The notes beneath the pieces were generated by a model, which saw only the letters and a list, made by a program, of their open reading frames with translations, made no database searches and was not told the origin of the DNA. DNA of 64,000 bases from IMG/VR virus record IMGVR_UViG_2974731583_000001, positions 1 to 64,000 of that record; one strand, 5' to 3'. Each line of letters begins with the position of its first letter. Position 1 is the stretch's first letter. The stretch comes from a virus (Duplodnaviria; Caudoviricetes). This document shows positions 40,470 through 53,235 of the stretch, in pieces. The position numbers and the translations under genes are program-made.

Positions 40470-41486
40470 ATGGTTACATTTGTAAGCAAGGTGTTTGTTA
40501 GTAATGGAAATAACAGCGCCCTGGCAACAGCCCCTGCCAGCATTAAAAAGGGCCAGTTCATCGTATACGATGTAGATGCAGCTAAGTACACAATCGACGC
40601 AGATACAAAGCGTTTCAAGATTGGTATGGGTAGCGGCAAGTCAGTAAAAGATCACAAAGGTGTTTCACATCCTGAGATTAAGTGGTCTAACATTATCCAG
40701 GCTGACGATATTCGTAGTATTAACGTTCTTGCATATAAGGCAGACACAGAGGAAGCTGTAAAGATCGACTTCACAAAGATCAATGCAGCTGTACTTAAGC
40801 TTCTCGCTGTAGGTGGAAAGCGTATAATTGTTCGTCTTACTTTCAAAGATCTGCCCACACGCTTCCGCAAGTGGACTGAGAGCTATGAGTATGTAACACT
40901 TCCTGGTGATACTGCTGCTACTATTTCAAAGAACATTGCTGATCTTATTAACAAGCAGTGGAAGCGTGCTCGTGTAGTTGCTACAGATGCTGCTGGTGTT
41001 ATTACTCTTACAGCAATGCCTTATGATGATGACGATTCAGTAGATACACTGAACGTTGCTAATAAGGTTCGTTTCAACGCTAACGTTTATTATACCGATC
41101 CCGCTGCTGAAGGTTGGGAATCACTCAATAAGCATTATCCTACTGGCGTAACTATCGAGAAGACTCCTGGTACACAGTATGCAGCTTCTGCTAAGCTTGT
41201 ACGTGACCGTGAGGCTTGGAGCATGGGTTACGATGGTATCCTGAACCGCGGTGAAGGTACTTGGCCAATCATCAAGCCTGCTATGGAAACTAAGCTCGAT
41301 GGTCAGTATAATGCAATCAACATTGAGTTCGAAAATGCTTATCGTGCTGCTGACGATATCGTTCGTAAGACCAAGCAGAATGTTGAGATTTACACTACTG
41401 GAGCTACAAACATTATTACAGATCTTATCGCTAAGATTGGTACTCCAGAAGCTGCTAGTGTTACTACACACAATAACGGCGATTGA
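40470..41486 (+). CDS. Abundant virion protein, probably an auxiliary capsid protein
   Basis: 338 aa with MCP-like codon bias, no TAG and a structured leader. Confidence 0.6.
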   Translation: MVTFVSKVFVSNGNNSALATAPASIKKGQFIVYDVDAAKYTIDADTKRFKIGMGSGKSVKDHKGVSHPEIKWSNIIQADDIRSINVLAYKADTEEAVKIDFTKINAAVLKLLAVGGKRIIVRLTFKDLPTRFRKWTESYEYVTLPGDTAATISKNIADLINKQWKRARVVATDAAGVITLTAMPYDDDDSVDTLNVANKVRFNANVYYTDPAAEGWESLNKHYPTGVTIEKTPGTQYAASAKLVRDREAWSMGYDGILNRGEGTWPIIKPAMETKLDGQYNAINIEFENAYRAADDIVRKTKQNVEIYTTGATNIITDLIAKIGTPEAASVTTHNNGD

Positions 41487-41488
41487 TT

Positions 41489-42202
41489 ATGAAAATCAGA
41501 ATAGGAAACGATATATGTGCCCGTGTAACTATTTAGTTACAGGGATATGATGTTGTAAATATACAATCTATCAAAGCTTGTATAATCAACAAAACGAAGA
41601 AGGCTGAAATCGAAAACGATTGGAAAAATAAGTCTCGCTTTATTGGTCGATTTCCTATTGAACCTTTTACAGATGAATATCTACCTACGGCATACGATAT
41701 AAATTCAAGTGGGTATCCTTAGTATTTTGCTACCGTACCACATCGGTATAACGGATTTGGTGTGTATCCAGACTGGACACACCTTTTCCCAAAAGCCGAA
41801 TTGAATGTTACCGAATACATGGCGCAGGTTCGTCGTACAAACGATCCTAATATAATAGATGTACTATTTCCAGCTAGTGCGTAGCTGTATACCGGAGAAT
41901 ACAAAATAATACTTGTACTTGGTGTATATTCTCCTGGTTATAACCAAAACAACATACGCACTATTTCTGTAGACTATGACAACGCTTTTGAGTTGGTGTC
42001 TTCTACCGAGGATGCTGATGCAGGAAGCTCAGCCATAATAACCATAGACGGTATAAACGACCCAAGTTTTTGGGATAGTCCGGAAGATATTTATACAAAT
42101 TCTGGAGAATACAAGAGTGGGTATCTTAATCTTAATCTTACTAACGGCAATAAGGTCAATGTTGACATGAGCAGTATAGATAAATGGTACGAGGGGGATT
42201 GA
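41489..42202 (+). CDS. Putative tail/fibre adaptor protein (237 aa, 2 TAG)
   Basis: MKIRIGNDI start; TAGs at 41720 and 41882 are in frame with the 41993 ORF. Confidence 0.65.
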
Positions 42203-42204
42203 CT

Positions 42205-42480
42205 ATGGAAAAATGGAAAGATATTGTACAATATGGTACCGCTGTAGCATCAATGGCCAGCGGAATCGTGTTAGCTAATTTCAACTATTTTAATTCTGGA
42301 GATATTGCTAGCGGAGTGCTTGGATATGTTGCACAAACATTAATATATGCTGGCAGTATATTCGGAGTTACTATGTATTGGAATAGTAAATACGGAGAGT
42401 TAAAATCAGTAATATAGCACAATAGGAAAGATGATAATACCAACATACCCGTTGGTAACGAAGATAAAACGGCTAATTAA
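42205..42480 (+). CDS. Holin (two TM segments, 91 aa, 1 TAG)
   Basis: Two hydrophobic helices and a charged tail after the TAG at 42415. Confidence 0.7.
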
Positions 42481-43090
42481 GGCATTTTTAGGCCTTTCTG
42501 TCGTATTTTTAGTGGGTTGGGGTATAACACTCCATAAACAGAATAAAAAGCTGTCAGAGAGCCTAGAAATGGCTTAGAACAACATTGAGGCCTATTAGGG
42601 TTCCATCGCGGGATCTTAGTAGGCCAATAATGTTTTAAGACTAGACATAGCTTCGTTACAACAACAAAACGATAAACTGCTGCATGATATAGACAGCGTA
42701 AGTAAAAAACTTAAAATAAAATCAAAACAAATTAATACAGCCGCAACTCAAACGCAATCCATAAACGTTAATAAGAGTAAGGGGGTAAGGGGGGATATAT
42801 AGACTATATTATATAAAGATAGTATATATAAAGATAGTATATCATATAATGATCTTACTACTGTATACTATACTATAGGAAAAGATACCGTGAATGTTGC
42901 GTTAGATATACAAAACACACAGTATCTTTTTGTATATAGCACTAAAGAGTATAAAAACAAGAAAAGCTTCCTTAAACGTCTATTTACATTGGATTTTAAA
43001 AAAGTGCATAGAGATACGTATCGTATAGAGAACACAAACGAATTATTGCGTACATCTGACGTTAGGGTAGTAAAAACAACAAGTAAATGA
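42431..43090 (+). CDS. Membrane-anchored coiled-coil protein, spanin/Rz-like (219 aa, 5 TAG)
   Basis: N-terminal TM (AFLGLSVVFLVGWGITL) and heptads; overlaps the holin. TAGs at 42575, 42596, 42617, 42620 and 42800. Confidence 0.65.
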
Positions 43091-43091
43091 T

Positions 43092-43820
43092 ATGAAGAAG
43101 ATTTCACTAAAAGAAATAACAGACGATATTCTTCTAATTGTACGCAACAATAATATTAGTGAAAGTGAAGACCTATCAAGGGCTCAAATACACGCCTGGG
43201 TACATCATTATGCGCATTAGTTGTGGAAAGCTGAGAAAGATCGTAGAAAAGCGTTAGCTAGACAAGGCAATTTAACATGGGAAGACTTAGTCGACGATGA
43301 GTTTATAAAAAAGATTGAGTCTGGACCACTAGAGTTGGAAGATATAGAATCTCATAGCAACATGCCAGTGTTTACAAAACGTATAAAAGAACCTCTTAAG
43401 GATGTACTCGATAACGATGAGAAGAGTATACTTGCGGTACATGATCAGCAAGGTGAAGTAATACAGTATATGAATCATATTCGTAGACACTACCACAACT
43501 GGCGTAGATACACTTATGGTGATCTTACGGCATACTATGATGATGGATATGTGTATGTACAAGGTATTGTTGACGGTAACGATCTACGCTATATATACGT
43601 ATTGTGGTTACAAGAAGAAGATGTAGACAAAGATCCTGATGATGGAAATGAAGATCCAGATGAGGACGATGTTAAATATCCAGCGTGGCTTGTACCAGAC
43701 ATAAAAGCATTGATAATGAAGAATGAACTTTCATTTATGTTAGGACGTCCAAGTGACGATAGCAACAATGCTACACTGGCAAGCGTTAAACCACACGGTC
43801 CACAAGACGAAGAAGAATAA
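43092..43820 (+). CDS. Putative tail ring protein (242 aa, 1 TAG)
   Basis: ATG 43092 is in frame with the 43221 ORF across the TAG at 43218. Confidence 0.65.
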
Positions 43821-44257
43821 TGAATAAATCGTATACGTTTAGGGATATGTATAAAACAATTGGCGCAGAGGTACCATACAAGCTCTATACGGCAATTCTA
43901 CACGCAATGTGTTAGATTATACTAGAACACGTATTAGAGCGCTCAGAAGGCTTTAAAATGCCTTATGGGCTTGGTTTTATACAAGTGGGTAAGTATCTAC
44001 CTAAACAATTAACTCCAAAATCACTATCAATAGACTACAAAGCCACTCGAGAATATGGTAAAAAAATATACCATTTAAACGAACATTCTGATGGGTATAA
44101 ATACAGACTATACTGGTCTAAGATACCACAGACATTCCCAGATAGATACAAATATCAATTATCGTTCGTAAGACAAAATAAAAGGAGATTGGCAAAGTTA
44201 ATATTTGATAAAAAAGACTACTTAGATATAAATGATATACAAATATACAAAATGTGA
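43820..44257 (+). CDS. IHF/HU-like protein (145 aa, 1 TAG)
   Basis: GFKMPYGLGFIQVGK; TAG at 43913; position within the crAss-like tail module. Confidence 0.6.
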
Positions 44258-45155
44258 ATCCGTAATAGCAAAGATTATGGCAGATATGGATTCAACGGAG
44301 GTGCGGTAGCGTGTAACTGACATTAAAGAGTGGATTTTTGAAGCTGTTGAACGTATTGGTGCTCCTATGCAGTATGCGACAAAAGAGTCTGGTGTAGATT
44401 CTCCAATACTAAAAATACAAGATTATCAAGTACCACTACCTGCAGATTTACATTCGCTTGAAGGCGTGGCATATTCATCAAACGAAAACGGCCCGTGGAG
44501 ACCAATGGACAAGTCTACTTCAATGATACATCAACACAAAGACATAAAGAAGAGACCTCCATTCCCACATAATCCACAGATACCTCATGATGAGAACAAT
44601 AAGGCTATAGACGTACATGTAGTCGATGTACACGAACATCAACCAGAAGCAAAGAAAGCGATTACGTCATAGTCACAATTTTACACTCAGAACTTCATGA
44701 AATACGTAGATAAAGTAAACCCATATGAAGTTCCAGAGTATTTTATAAAACCAGGCTGGATAGTAACAAATGTGAATAAAGGTTACATCAAGCTTATATA
44801 CAAAACAATTCTCACAGACGAAAGAGGTTATCCTTTAATTCCGGACTTAGTATCGTACCAAGAAGCATTATACTGGTATGTACTAATGAAATTAAGTTTT
44901 GCAAAGTGGATGAAAGGAACTCTTGGAGGAAAAGGAGTAAATGCTGGTCAAAATATGTATACGTTTATACATCAGCAATGGAACTTTTACCGCAATTAGG
45001 CTTATGCAGAAGCAATGATGCCTACTACAGACGATATGCGTAACATAAAGAACCAGTGGAATAAATTAATACCCGATTGGGAAGAAGATAAACATTTCTT
45101 CTCTACTATCGGAAAAGAAGAAATAACCTATAACGACTATTACCATGGATATTAA
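44232..45155 (+). CDS. Tail tubular/ring protein (307 aa, 3 TAG)
   Basis: Pieces joined at TAGs 44307, 44670 and 44997; DERGYPLIPD and WNFYRN*AYAEAMMP segments. Confidence 0.75.
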
Positions 45156-48100
45156 ATCAAATACACAATAGATAAATACATTCGCTGGCGGTATGAATAC
45201 TGACTTGTCAGACATGCTTTTAAAGTCGTCTCAGTATAGATTGGCTAAAAACGTACGTTATGTCACAAATGACGAGGAGAACGGCGGAGAATTACGAATG
45301 GTCGATGGTTGTGTGTTTGGTGGAGATGTATCTGATGGTTTCATTATAGATGATGAATATAAAAACCGGTTAAAAGTACTTTATACAGGGGCTATTAGAA
45401 ACTACGCAATAGCTATAGTTAAAATAGAAGTTAATGACGGAGAAAGAATTAATGTTATAGACCCACACAACACAAGTAAAGAACTTACAAACTCTCATTG
45501 GTGGGTATTGGTTTCAAAAAATCCGTTTGAAAACGTAGACAACGACACCTATATACAAATGGATAAATTTAAGGTTGCGTTTGGCCCTTGTGGAGCAACT
45601 CTTGGAAATAAATTAAGTGTTGTATGTAGATACGAGAACTATAATAACGTTCACGTTTATATTGCGGACGGAATAAATCCAGTACTATCTATAAACATAG
45701 GACATGCGTTCGACGATGGATTTGTGCCAAGCAGTGATTATAACGCAATAACATCGAACCCGCAAGTAACATTTAAACGTATACAATTTGTTGATCTTGT
45801 AGACGGTGCTTTACCAGCAGGAATGGTTGAATACAGTTATCAGTACTTTAATAAGTACGGAAACGAATCTAAGATTTCAGTACCAACAAAGCTGATACCA
45901 ATTGTAAAAGGATCTGGTAATTATGCAGAAGGATATAGATCTGGAGAAACATCTAATCGTGGTGTAGAACTCCGGTTTCCAGGAAAACACGAATCGTTTG
46001 ATTCTATGCGTATATATCGTATACAGTACATAGAAAACGGGCAAGCTCCTACGGTTGATGTTATATACGAATCAAATGTCAACACAACAGATTTCTGGAC
46101 ATATATAGATGGTGGACAACCACCTCTGTATAATGTAACTTTAGAAGAGTATAACGCCAACAGCGGAATACACATTATACCAAAAGTAATAGAATCCAAA
46201 GAAGATCGCTTATTTGCAGCAAATATTAAGAAAGACTTAAACTCATTCGTTTCTCAAGATATTTTAAACTGGGATGCTAGAGCATATAGATTTCCAAAAG
46301 ACAGTACAACAACCACACTGTATACTTATGGTACAACAAGTAATCCTATTACTGTAGACAACACGTATTAGGTGCCAAAGAAACACGACTGTTGGCAATC
46401 TACAAACAACATAAATAAAGACCTTACTGAAGACGACCCGCAATATCAATATAACAGTAGTGTTGTTGGAGGAAGCGGAAAGAATATATCATGGTCTTTT
46501 AATGACATTAAAACATCTGCTGACGCAAATATTAGTGATAGTGATTATTATAGTATTCCTGGCACAAATGGAAAACCATTATCTTTACAGGATGATAGAA
46601 GTTTGTATGTGTTAAATTACACAAAATTTGACGATGGAAATCATCTTATGGGAACTGATATTAAAGCTTCCTTAGCCAACTCAAAAACATCATACACATA
46701 TCCATCGTTAAAAGCTGATGAATTATATAGATATGGTATTGTACTTTATGATAAATACGGAAACGCAAGCCCCGTAAAATGGATTGCCGATATAAGAACT
46801 CCAATAGAGTTACCAATATATACGAACGAATTTTCTGATTTAACAACGTCACAGCGTGGATTATTTTTTGATGTTAATGAACAATCTTTAATAAATGTCG
46901 GTGTAACGTCTTACGAGATAGTTAGATGTATAAGATCAGAAAAAGACATAAAGAATTTGTCTATTGGAGTATTGTCTAGACCAATAAAAAAACTTACTAA
47001 CAAATATAATTTGCGCAATTCATAGGCAACAGCATCTTATCCATATACACCAAGCGGATGGCTTACTACAGCAGATTATTGGGCAGGATCTAATAGACAA
47101 TTTGACTTTAAAGATTATACTGATGAATATGAAGGGCATTGGTGGGCAGAATCAAACTGTGCAATACGTCACGTTGATCATGACGATAATACAACGCATA
47201 CTACATATAGCGAACCTAACAAATCTATATTTTAGTTTGTATCCCCAGAGGTTTGTTATTCACAAGATTCTTTTAAGCAACTTTTACAAGGACAATCTAT
47301 AAAAATTAAGCCGCTTACATATTTATATGGATATAAGTAGAGAAAAAACGATTAGGATTTTGACCATAATTCTTCATTTTTAATATTTTATCCAGCTGAA
47401 AACAGTACGTCTAGTGGAGTATTTTTAGACTAGGTGTTATATCCAGGAAACGATTACACCAGAATGTACGTAGAAAATACAGCTGTTGTATACAGTGAAT
47501 TTCCTGGTGAGTATATTGACTTGTCTATAAATTCCGCAGAAAATTTAGATTAGCGAGATATTATAACAAATGCATCATCTGTAGCAACGCTGTTTTATTA
47601 TGGAAATAAGAAATTATCAGACTGTATTACTGGTGAAGGAGATAAAAATTATGTTGTAAACGGAAAAACGTATAAAATGTGCTATACTCCGTCTGGATAT
47701 GAAAACAACGGAGTTGGTTTTAATCAGCTTGATACAGACAAAAGATATTCGTATATAAAGTTATATATAGCATCTGACAATATTATTGTTTCTCAATTTA
47801 CTAAAGGTAATAGAAAAATAATTGAAAATAAATCAGTATCTTCTATAGGTTCTTCTGAAGTTGATGATTTTGCGTTTGCAGACACGCTCTAGTGGGATGA
47901 TTTTGCGGAGATAAAAAAATCCGGAGAAACATATTCTTTAAAATATACAAATACATCTACTGCTATAGGAAACAATTCGTTTGTAAACTGGGTGTCTAAT
48001 GGAGCATACAATGTACCAGCTACTGGAGATTGGTCAACGCTTAAACTAGACCAGGCAAATTTACAAGACGACATGCTTCTGCAAACAAATGTTGTCATGG

Positions 48101-49890
48101 GCCCAGGTGGTGCTTGTATGTTATTAAACATAAAAGATGCAGATGTTGCATTATGGAATTCTGCTGCTGTTCCAAACAATTAGTTTAAGGATACTACAAG
48201 TTATATGTATTCTTGTAGTGTTCTTAATGGAGCTATAGTCGGTGGTGGTAGAAAAATATATGTTGTACCAGAAAGCAGACTTGGTACATTTTTGTGTAGT
48301 ATACAACATACAATAACACCGTATAGCGGATTCTCATACGAAAACAGAAAACAGGATATATATTATAGCTTTGGAGATTTATTTGTTCCTACAGAAGTTG
48401 GAACTTCACAAACACACCTTAATCTCCCAGAAGGATGGTATAGACGTCCTGTATTCAACGGCGACTGTTACAGACAAGCAATGGAATATGTATCACAGCA
48501 CAAATATTATTTTGCACCAAATAAGTATACAAAGAATGCTTGTGTTGTATATTCGTTCCCAACAGAATCGTCTATAAACCTTGCATTTACTGATGGATTT
48601 GAATTCCATAAAAACAACGCTCCAACAGAGATACAAGAAAAACCAGCAGATGTATACAAGAAGTTTGTTTAGACAAAGTCTTTATATAGATACAACCCAG
48701 TATATAGCGCACACAGTACAGCTCATCCAAAAGCAATGCAGCTTGATAGAAGCGATTACGATATAGAATTTGATACAAGATGTTTCTACTCTAACGTAAA
48801 GAGTAATAACGAAAATACTGATAATTGGTTGCATTTTATGCCAGCAAACTTTATCGACGTTGATAGTAGAAAAGGCCCAATAACGAACCTAAGAACATTT
48901 AATAACCAGCTGTTCTTTTGGCAAACAGACGGTACCGGAATATTATCCGTAAACGAGAGAGCTGCTGTTTCCGATCAATCTGGACTTCCATTGATGCTTG
49001 GTACAGGCGGAGTATTAGAGAGATTTGATTACCTTAATACTGCTTGTGGCATGAAAGAAAACGAATTTGCAGATGCTCAATCTGATTCTGTACTATATTG
49101 GTGGGATCATACAAGAAAAGAACTTTGTGCACATGCTGCAGGAAATGGTCTTGGCGTAAATTCTCTATCAAAAGAAAAAGGAGTACAGAATTTGATAAAC
49201 GTTAAGGCTAAACAAAACCTATTGGCATCAGATCCAACTCTGATATACGATAAGAAGTATAATGAGCTTATTGCCTATATAGCAACAACAGCAGAAGATG
49301 ATACTACTAAAGATGGCACACCATCTGAAAAAATTACAGCTACAGACGACGGTTCTATGATATATAGTGAACTTACTGGACAGTTTGTTTCTTTAGTAGA
49401 TGTATATCCAAAACACGCAATATAGTTTGGAGATAAAATATATATGATGTCTGACAAGGATGCAAACGACAAATACTTGTGGTTATGGAACTATCAAGAG
49501 TGCAAGAAAAACCCTGATGTTTCGTATGTAAGAGGATTTTCTAATATGCTTTATCCGTACGTAAAGTACGTCATAAACGACAATAATACATTCCCAAAAG
49601 TATTTGATAATATTACATTCGGCGGAAGATTTTATGGTGGTGACAAAGAAGATATTACTCCGTTACGTTTCAAGTTTAAGACACCGCTAAAACAACAAGG
49701 TGATGCTGATGGAACTTCTGTAGAGAATAGAGAATACGACTTTAGAATGGCTATTCCTCGTCATAAAAATTCGCAGTATGGAGATAGATTAAGAGGAAAA
49801 ACAATGCAGTGTGAGATGTGGTCTTTAAAATCTGACGTAGACTTTTCATTGCAATATATAACAACTAAATATAGAATATCTTGGGTATGA
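45145..49890 (+). CDS. Tail muzzle/stabilisation protein (1581 aa, 12 TAG)
   Basis: NTFAGGMNTD start, YRYGIVLYDKYG and DRLRGK end. Seven ORF-track fragments share one frame interrupted only by TAG. Confidence 0.82.
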
Positions 49891-50696
49891 GTGAAAATAA
49901 AAAATTTAATCTTGGTGAAACAGTATAGAAAGCCATGCCAGGAGCAATATCTTTTGTAGGTAGTGCTATAAATGCGTTTTCACCAACTAAAAATACACAA
50001 CAGTTGCTTTCAGATGCAGGAACGTCTACAGGATATATAAACGGTATAGCATATCAACAATAGAATGCCGTTGATCAGTCTAGAGAGATGTCAGAGCTAT
50101 CTAAAGAAAATACATCAAATACGCTTGGTATGGCTGCTGCTGGAGCATCATTGGGATCTTCATTAGGCCCAATTGGTTCTGTTGTAGGAGGAGCTATTGG
50201 AGCTATAGGTGGCTTGTTTGGAGCGTCTCGTAGAAAACGACAACTTAGAAGAAAAATATTTAATGCACAACAACTTACATATAGAACAAACAATAGTGCA
50301 CAAGCTTCTGCAAACAGTGATTTCTTAGAACAAAACGAAGCTTTAAAATACGGACCGTCTGATGGTGGGCAGCAAATGTTTATAAACGCATACCATGGTA
50401 AAGATTCTGGTACACCGATAATATAGTCTTCTGTAGGTAGATTGCTGGGTAGACCAAACGCAAGAGTTGCTGGTCAAGAAAGTATTGTAGATAACATACA
50501 CGACCCTTACAACACAACAGGACATATTGTTCGTTAGGGACAACGTGGTGTAGATGGCCCATTAGCACACGTAAACGACGGAACTGTTATATTTGGCAAT
50601 GACGTAGATCTTGCAACAGGAATTAAATTTATGGACGAAGCTGCTCCATATACTGCAGCTATTGAAATGATAAATAAGAAATATGGTAAACAATAA
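49887..50696 (+). CDS. Putative cargo (ejected) protein, N-terminal part
   Basis: Gly/Ala-rich hydrophobic segment, 4 TAGs, ends at TAA 50694. Confidence 0.65.
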
Positions 50697-51753
50697 AATA
50701 AAAGAGCTTAGAGGTAGGCTTGGTGAAGAAACAAATAAGCTGCAATAGCAAGAAGTTGCAAAACTAAAAGCACCATATGTACAAGCGCTGCAAGACATAG
50801 CCTATAGACAACAGTAGCAACACGAAGCGATGCAACAACCAGCAGACTATAAAGGTATTCCAGGATATGCTGACGGTAAAGATATAACGGGCATTGTGGC
50901 ATATGGACAAAATAAGATACCAAGATATACTTTATTTGGTAATCCGCTGGCTAATCCCATTATACCAAACATTCCAAAAATAAAAATTGGTGCTCAACCA
51001 GACATGTTGTCTACGTAGCCAGCACCACAAGGCATACCTACACCAACTCCAGAAGTGTCGATTCCTGGGGCAGATGAACACGGCAACACTTGGAATGATG
51101 AAGATAAAAATCCAAACATAAACGGAATATATAAGATAAACAACAGGGATAATCTTATAGCATCTATTGCTGGAATGGGCATGTCTCTTGGTCAATACCT
51201 TGATGCAAAAGGACAAGATATAAGGACTCCAGATATATATGCTGCAAATCCATATGAAAGACAAGCTTTGTCTACAATGGCAAATATAAGAATAAGTCCA
51301 TATGCAGCAATGAACAAGGTTAGAGATATGAACCGTGTTGCAGCTAGACTTATAAATACTTCTGGTGGGTTATCCGGTGGACAAAAATACAGTGCTCTTG
51401 TTGGTTCTATGCTCGGTACACAGAGAAATATGGCAGATGTACTTACAAGCACACAAGCACAAAATAACCAGTATAGACAACAATACGCACAGCTTGCTGG
51501 AGAACTTGGAGCTAAAGATGCTGCTAATAGAATGGCTGCAAACCAATACAACACCGAATACGCAGCTAAAGCACATGCCGCAAGACAGCAAGGAATGCAA
51601 CAAGGTATGACTAACTTCTTAGGCCAATTACAGCAGTATATAGCAAATAAAAATTCTGCAGATATGTACAACGGAATGCGCGCTATATATCAGTAGGATG
51701 TCGATCTAAGAAAATAGGCGATAAAGCCAAGAACAAAAAATAAAAAACGATAA
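50683..51753 (+). CDS. Putative cargo protein, C-terminal part (+1 frame)
   Basis: Q/A/N-rich helical ORF with 5 TAGs, overlapping the previous ORF in an A-rich stretch. Confidence 0.65.
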
Positions 51754-51756
51754 TTT

Positions 51757-53232
51757 ATGGTATACGCATACGATTAGTGGGCGCCACTACCCACAAAAGA
51801 TTTATATAATACTCAGCTGATGTTAGCCTCTATAAATGCTGCTAAGGATATGTATGATAAAGCAGAATCAGCACTAAAAGAGTATTATACAAAGTACGGC
51901 GACTTTTATAGCCCAATAAAAAAAGACGTAGATTGGTATCAACGAAACGTAATAGATCCAGTACAAACTACTATATCTAATATGTACGATTCTGGCGTAG
52001 ATCCATTACGATCTGCTGAAGGAAGATCACAGCTCATGCGATTGGCTACAAGTGCTCCTGTTGGAGAAATAAACAAAAGAAAAGTTGCGGCAAAGATGGC
52101 GGAGGAATATTTAAAAAACGTTGGTCAATTACAAGCATAGAACAAATACGATCCGGAGTTTGAAAAATTTGTTTTAGCACAGCAAGGAATTCCAATGTTA
52201 GATTCTTGGGATACTGGCGTAAACGGAATATGGACAAGAACCGCTCCCGCTGAATTTTAGACCCTTAACCAAGCAACAGCCCATTGGTTTGATAATATGG
52301 AAGGTAGCGATAAAGGTACCAAAGGAGGATATAATTATTTTGGAATAGACGATTCTGATTTGGAAGATGTTGCAAATCCACATATACAAGGATTTACAGA
52401 CAGTCTTCTTGGAAAATATTACTTAAGTAAAATCAGAGATAGAGTTTCTTCAGAGAATCCATACAGGTCACCGAAAGAAATTGAGAATATATCGAGAGGT
52501 CAATTGCTGAAAGAAGTTGCACAATCTCAAAAGGAGCGTAAGTTTATGAAGCGAGATGCAGACAAGTTTGCATTGATGGCAAAACAAAACGAATACGATG
52601 TTGCAAGGGAAGACCGGAGACATAAACACGCAATGTAGGAAGCTGCTGCTTCAAGAGGTTATGATAATGGAAATATGATGCTTAGTGTGTTTGATCAATT
52701 AAACGCATATGCAGCAAATGGTATAATACATCCGCAAGCTAGAAACACTACACAATTTGCACACATTTCACCCACAACAAACCCAAGGAATCAGTGGATT
52801 GCACCGGTTGCTGCAGGAATTAAACAGAAACTAAACACCAAATCCAAAGAATATTATTACGAAGTTCCGGTGTCACAGTTATCTACTCTTGTTAGAATGT
52901 GGAATAAACGAAACGCAGCACAAGATATACAAACACTTGACAAAAACATGATTGGCAAAACTGTAGTGTTTAATCCTACTGGAGAATATACATTACAGAT
53001 AGATGCTCACGGTAATCCACATTACTATTCTCTTGGTACTATTAGTACACGACATAAGAAAAATCAGGAAATTACTCTTGATCCACTCACCACTAGCCGC
53101 AAGAAAGATCCTAACTTTTTATATAAAATGGAAGTTAAAAAAGAACAACTTAATTTCGAATAGAATTTACAAGGTAAAAAATTAGTATCTTCTGGCATAC
53201 CAGAAACGAATCCAGTTTATAATCATCGTTAA
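51757..53232 (+). CDS. Putative cargo/internal virion protein (491 aa, 5 TAG)
   Basis: Pieces 51820, 52297 and 52675 share one frame; TAA at 53230. Confidence 0.72.
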
Positions 53233-53235
53233 CAT

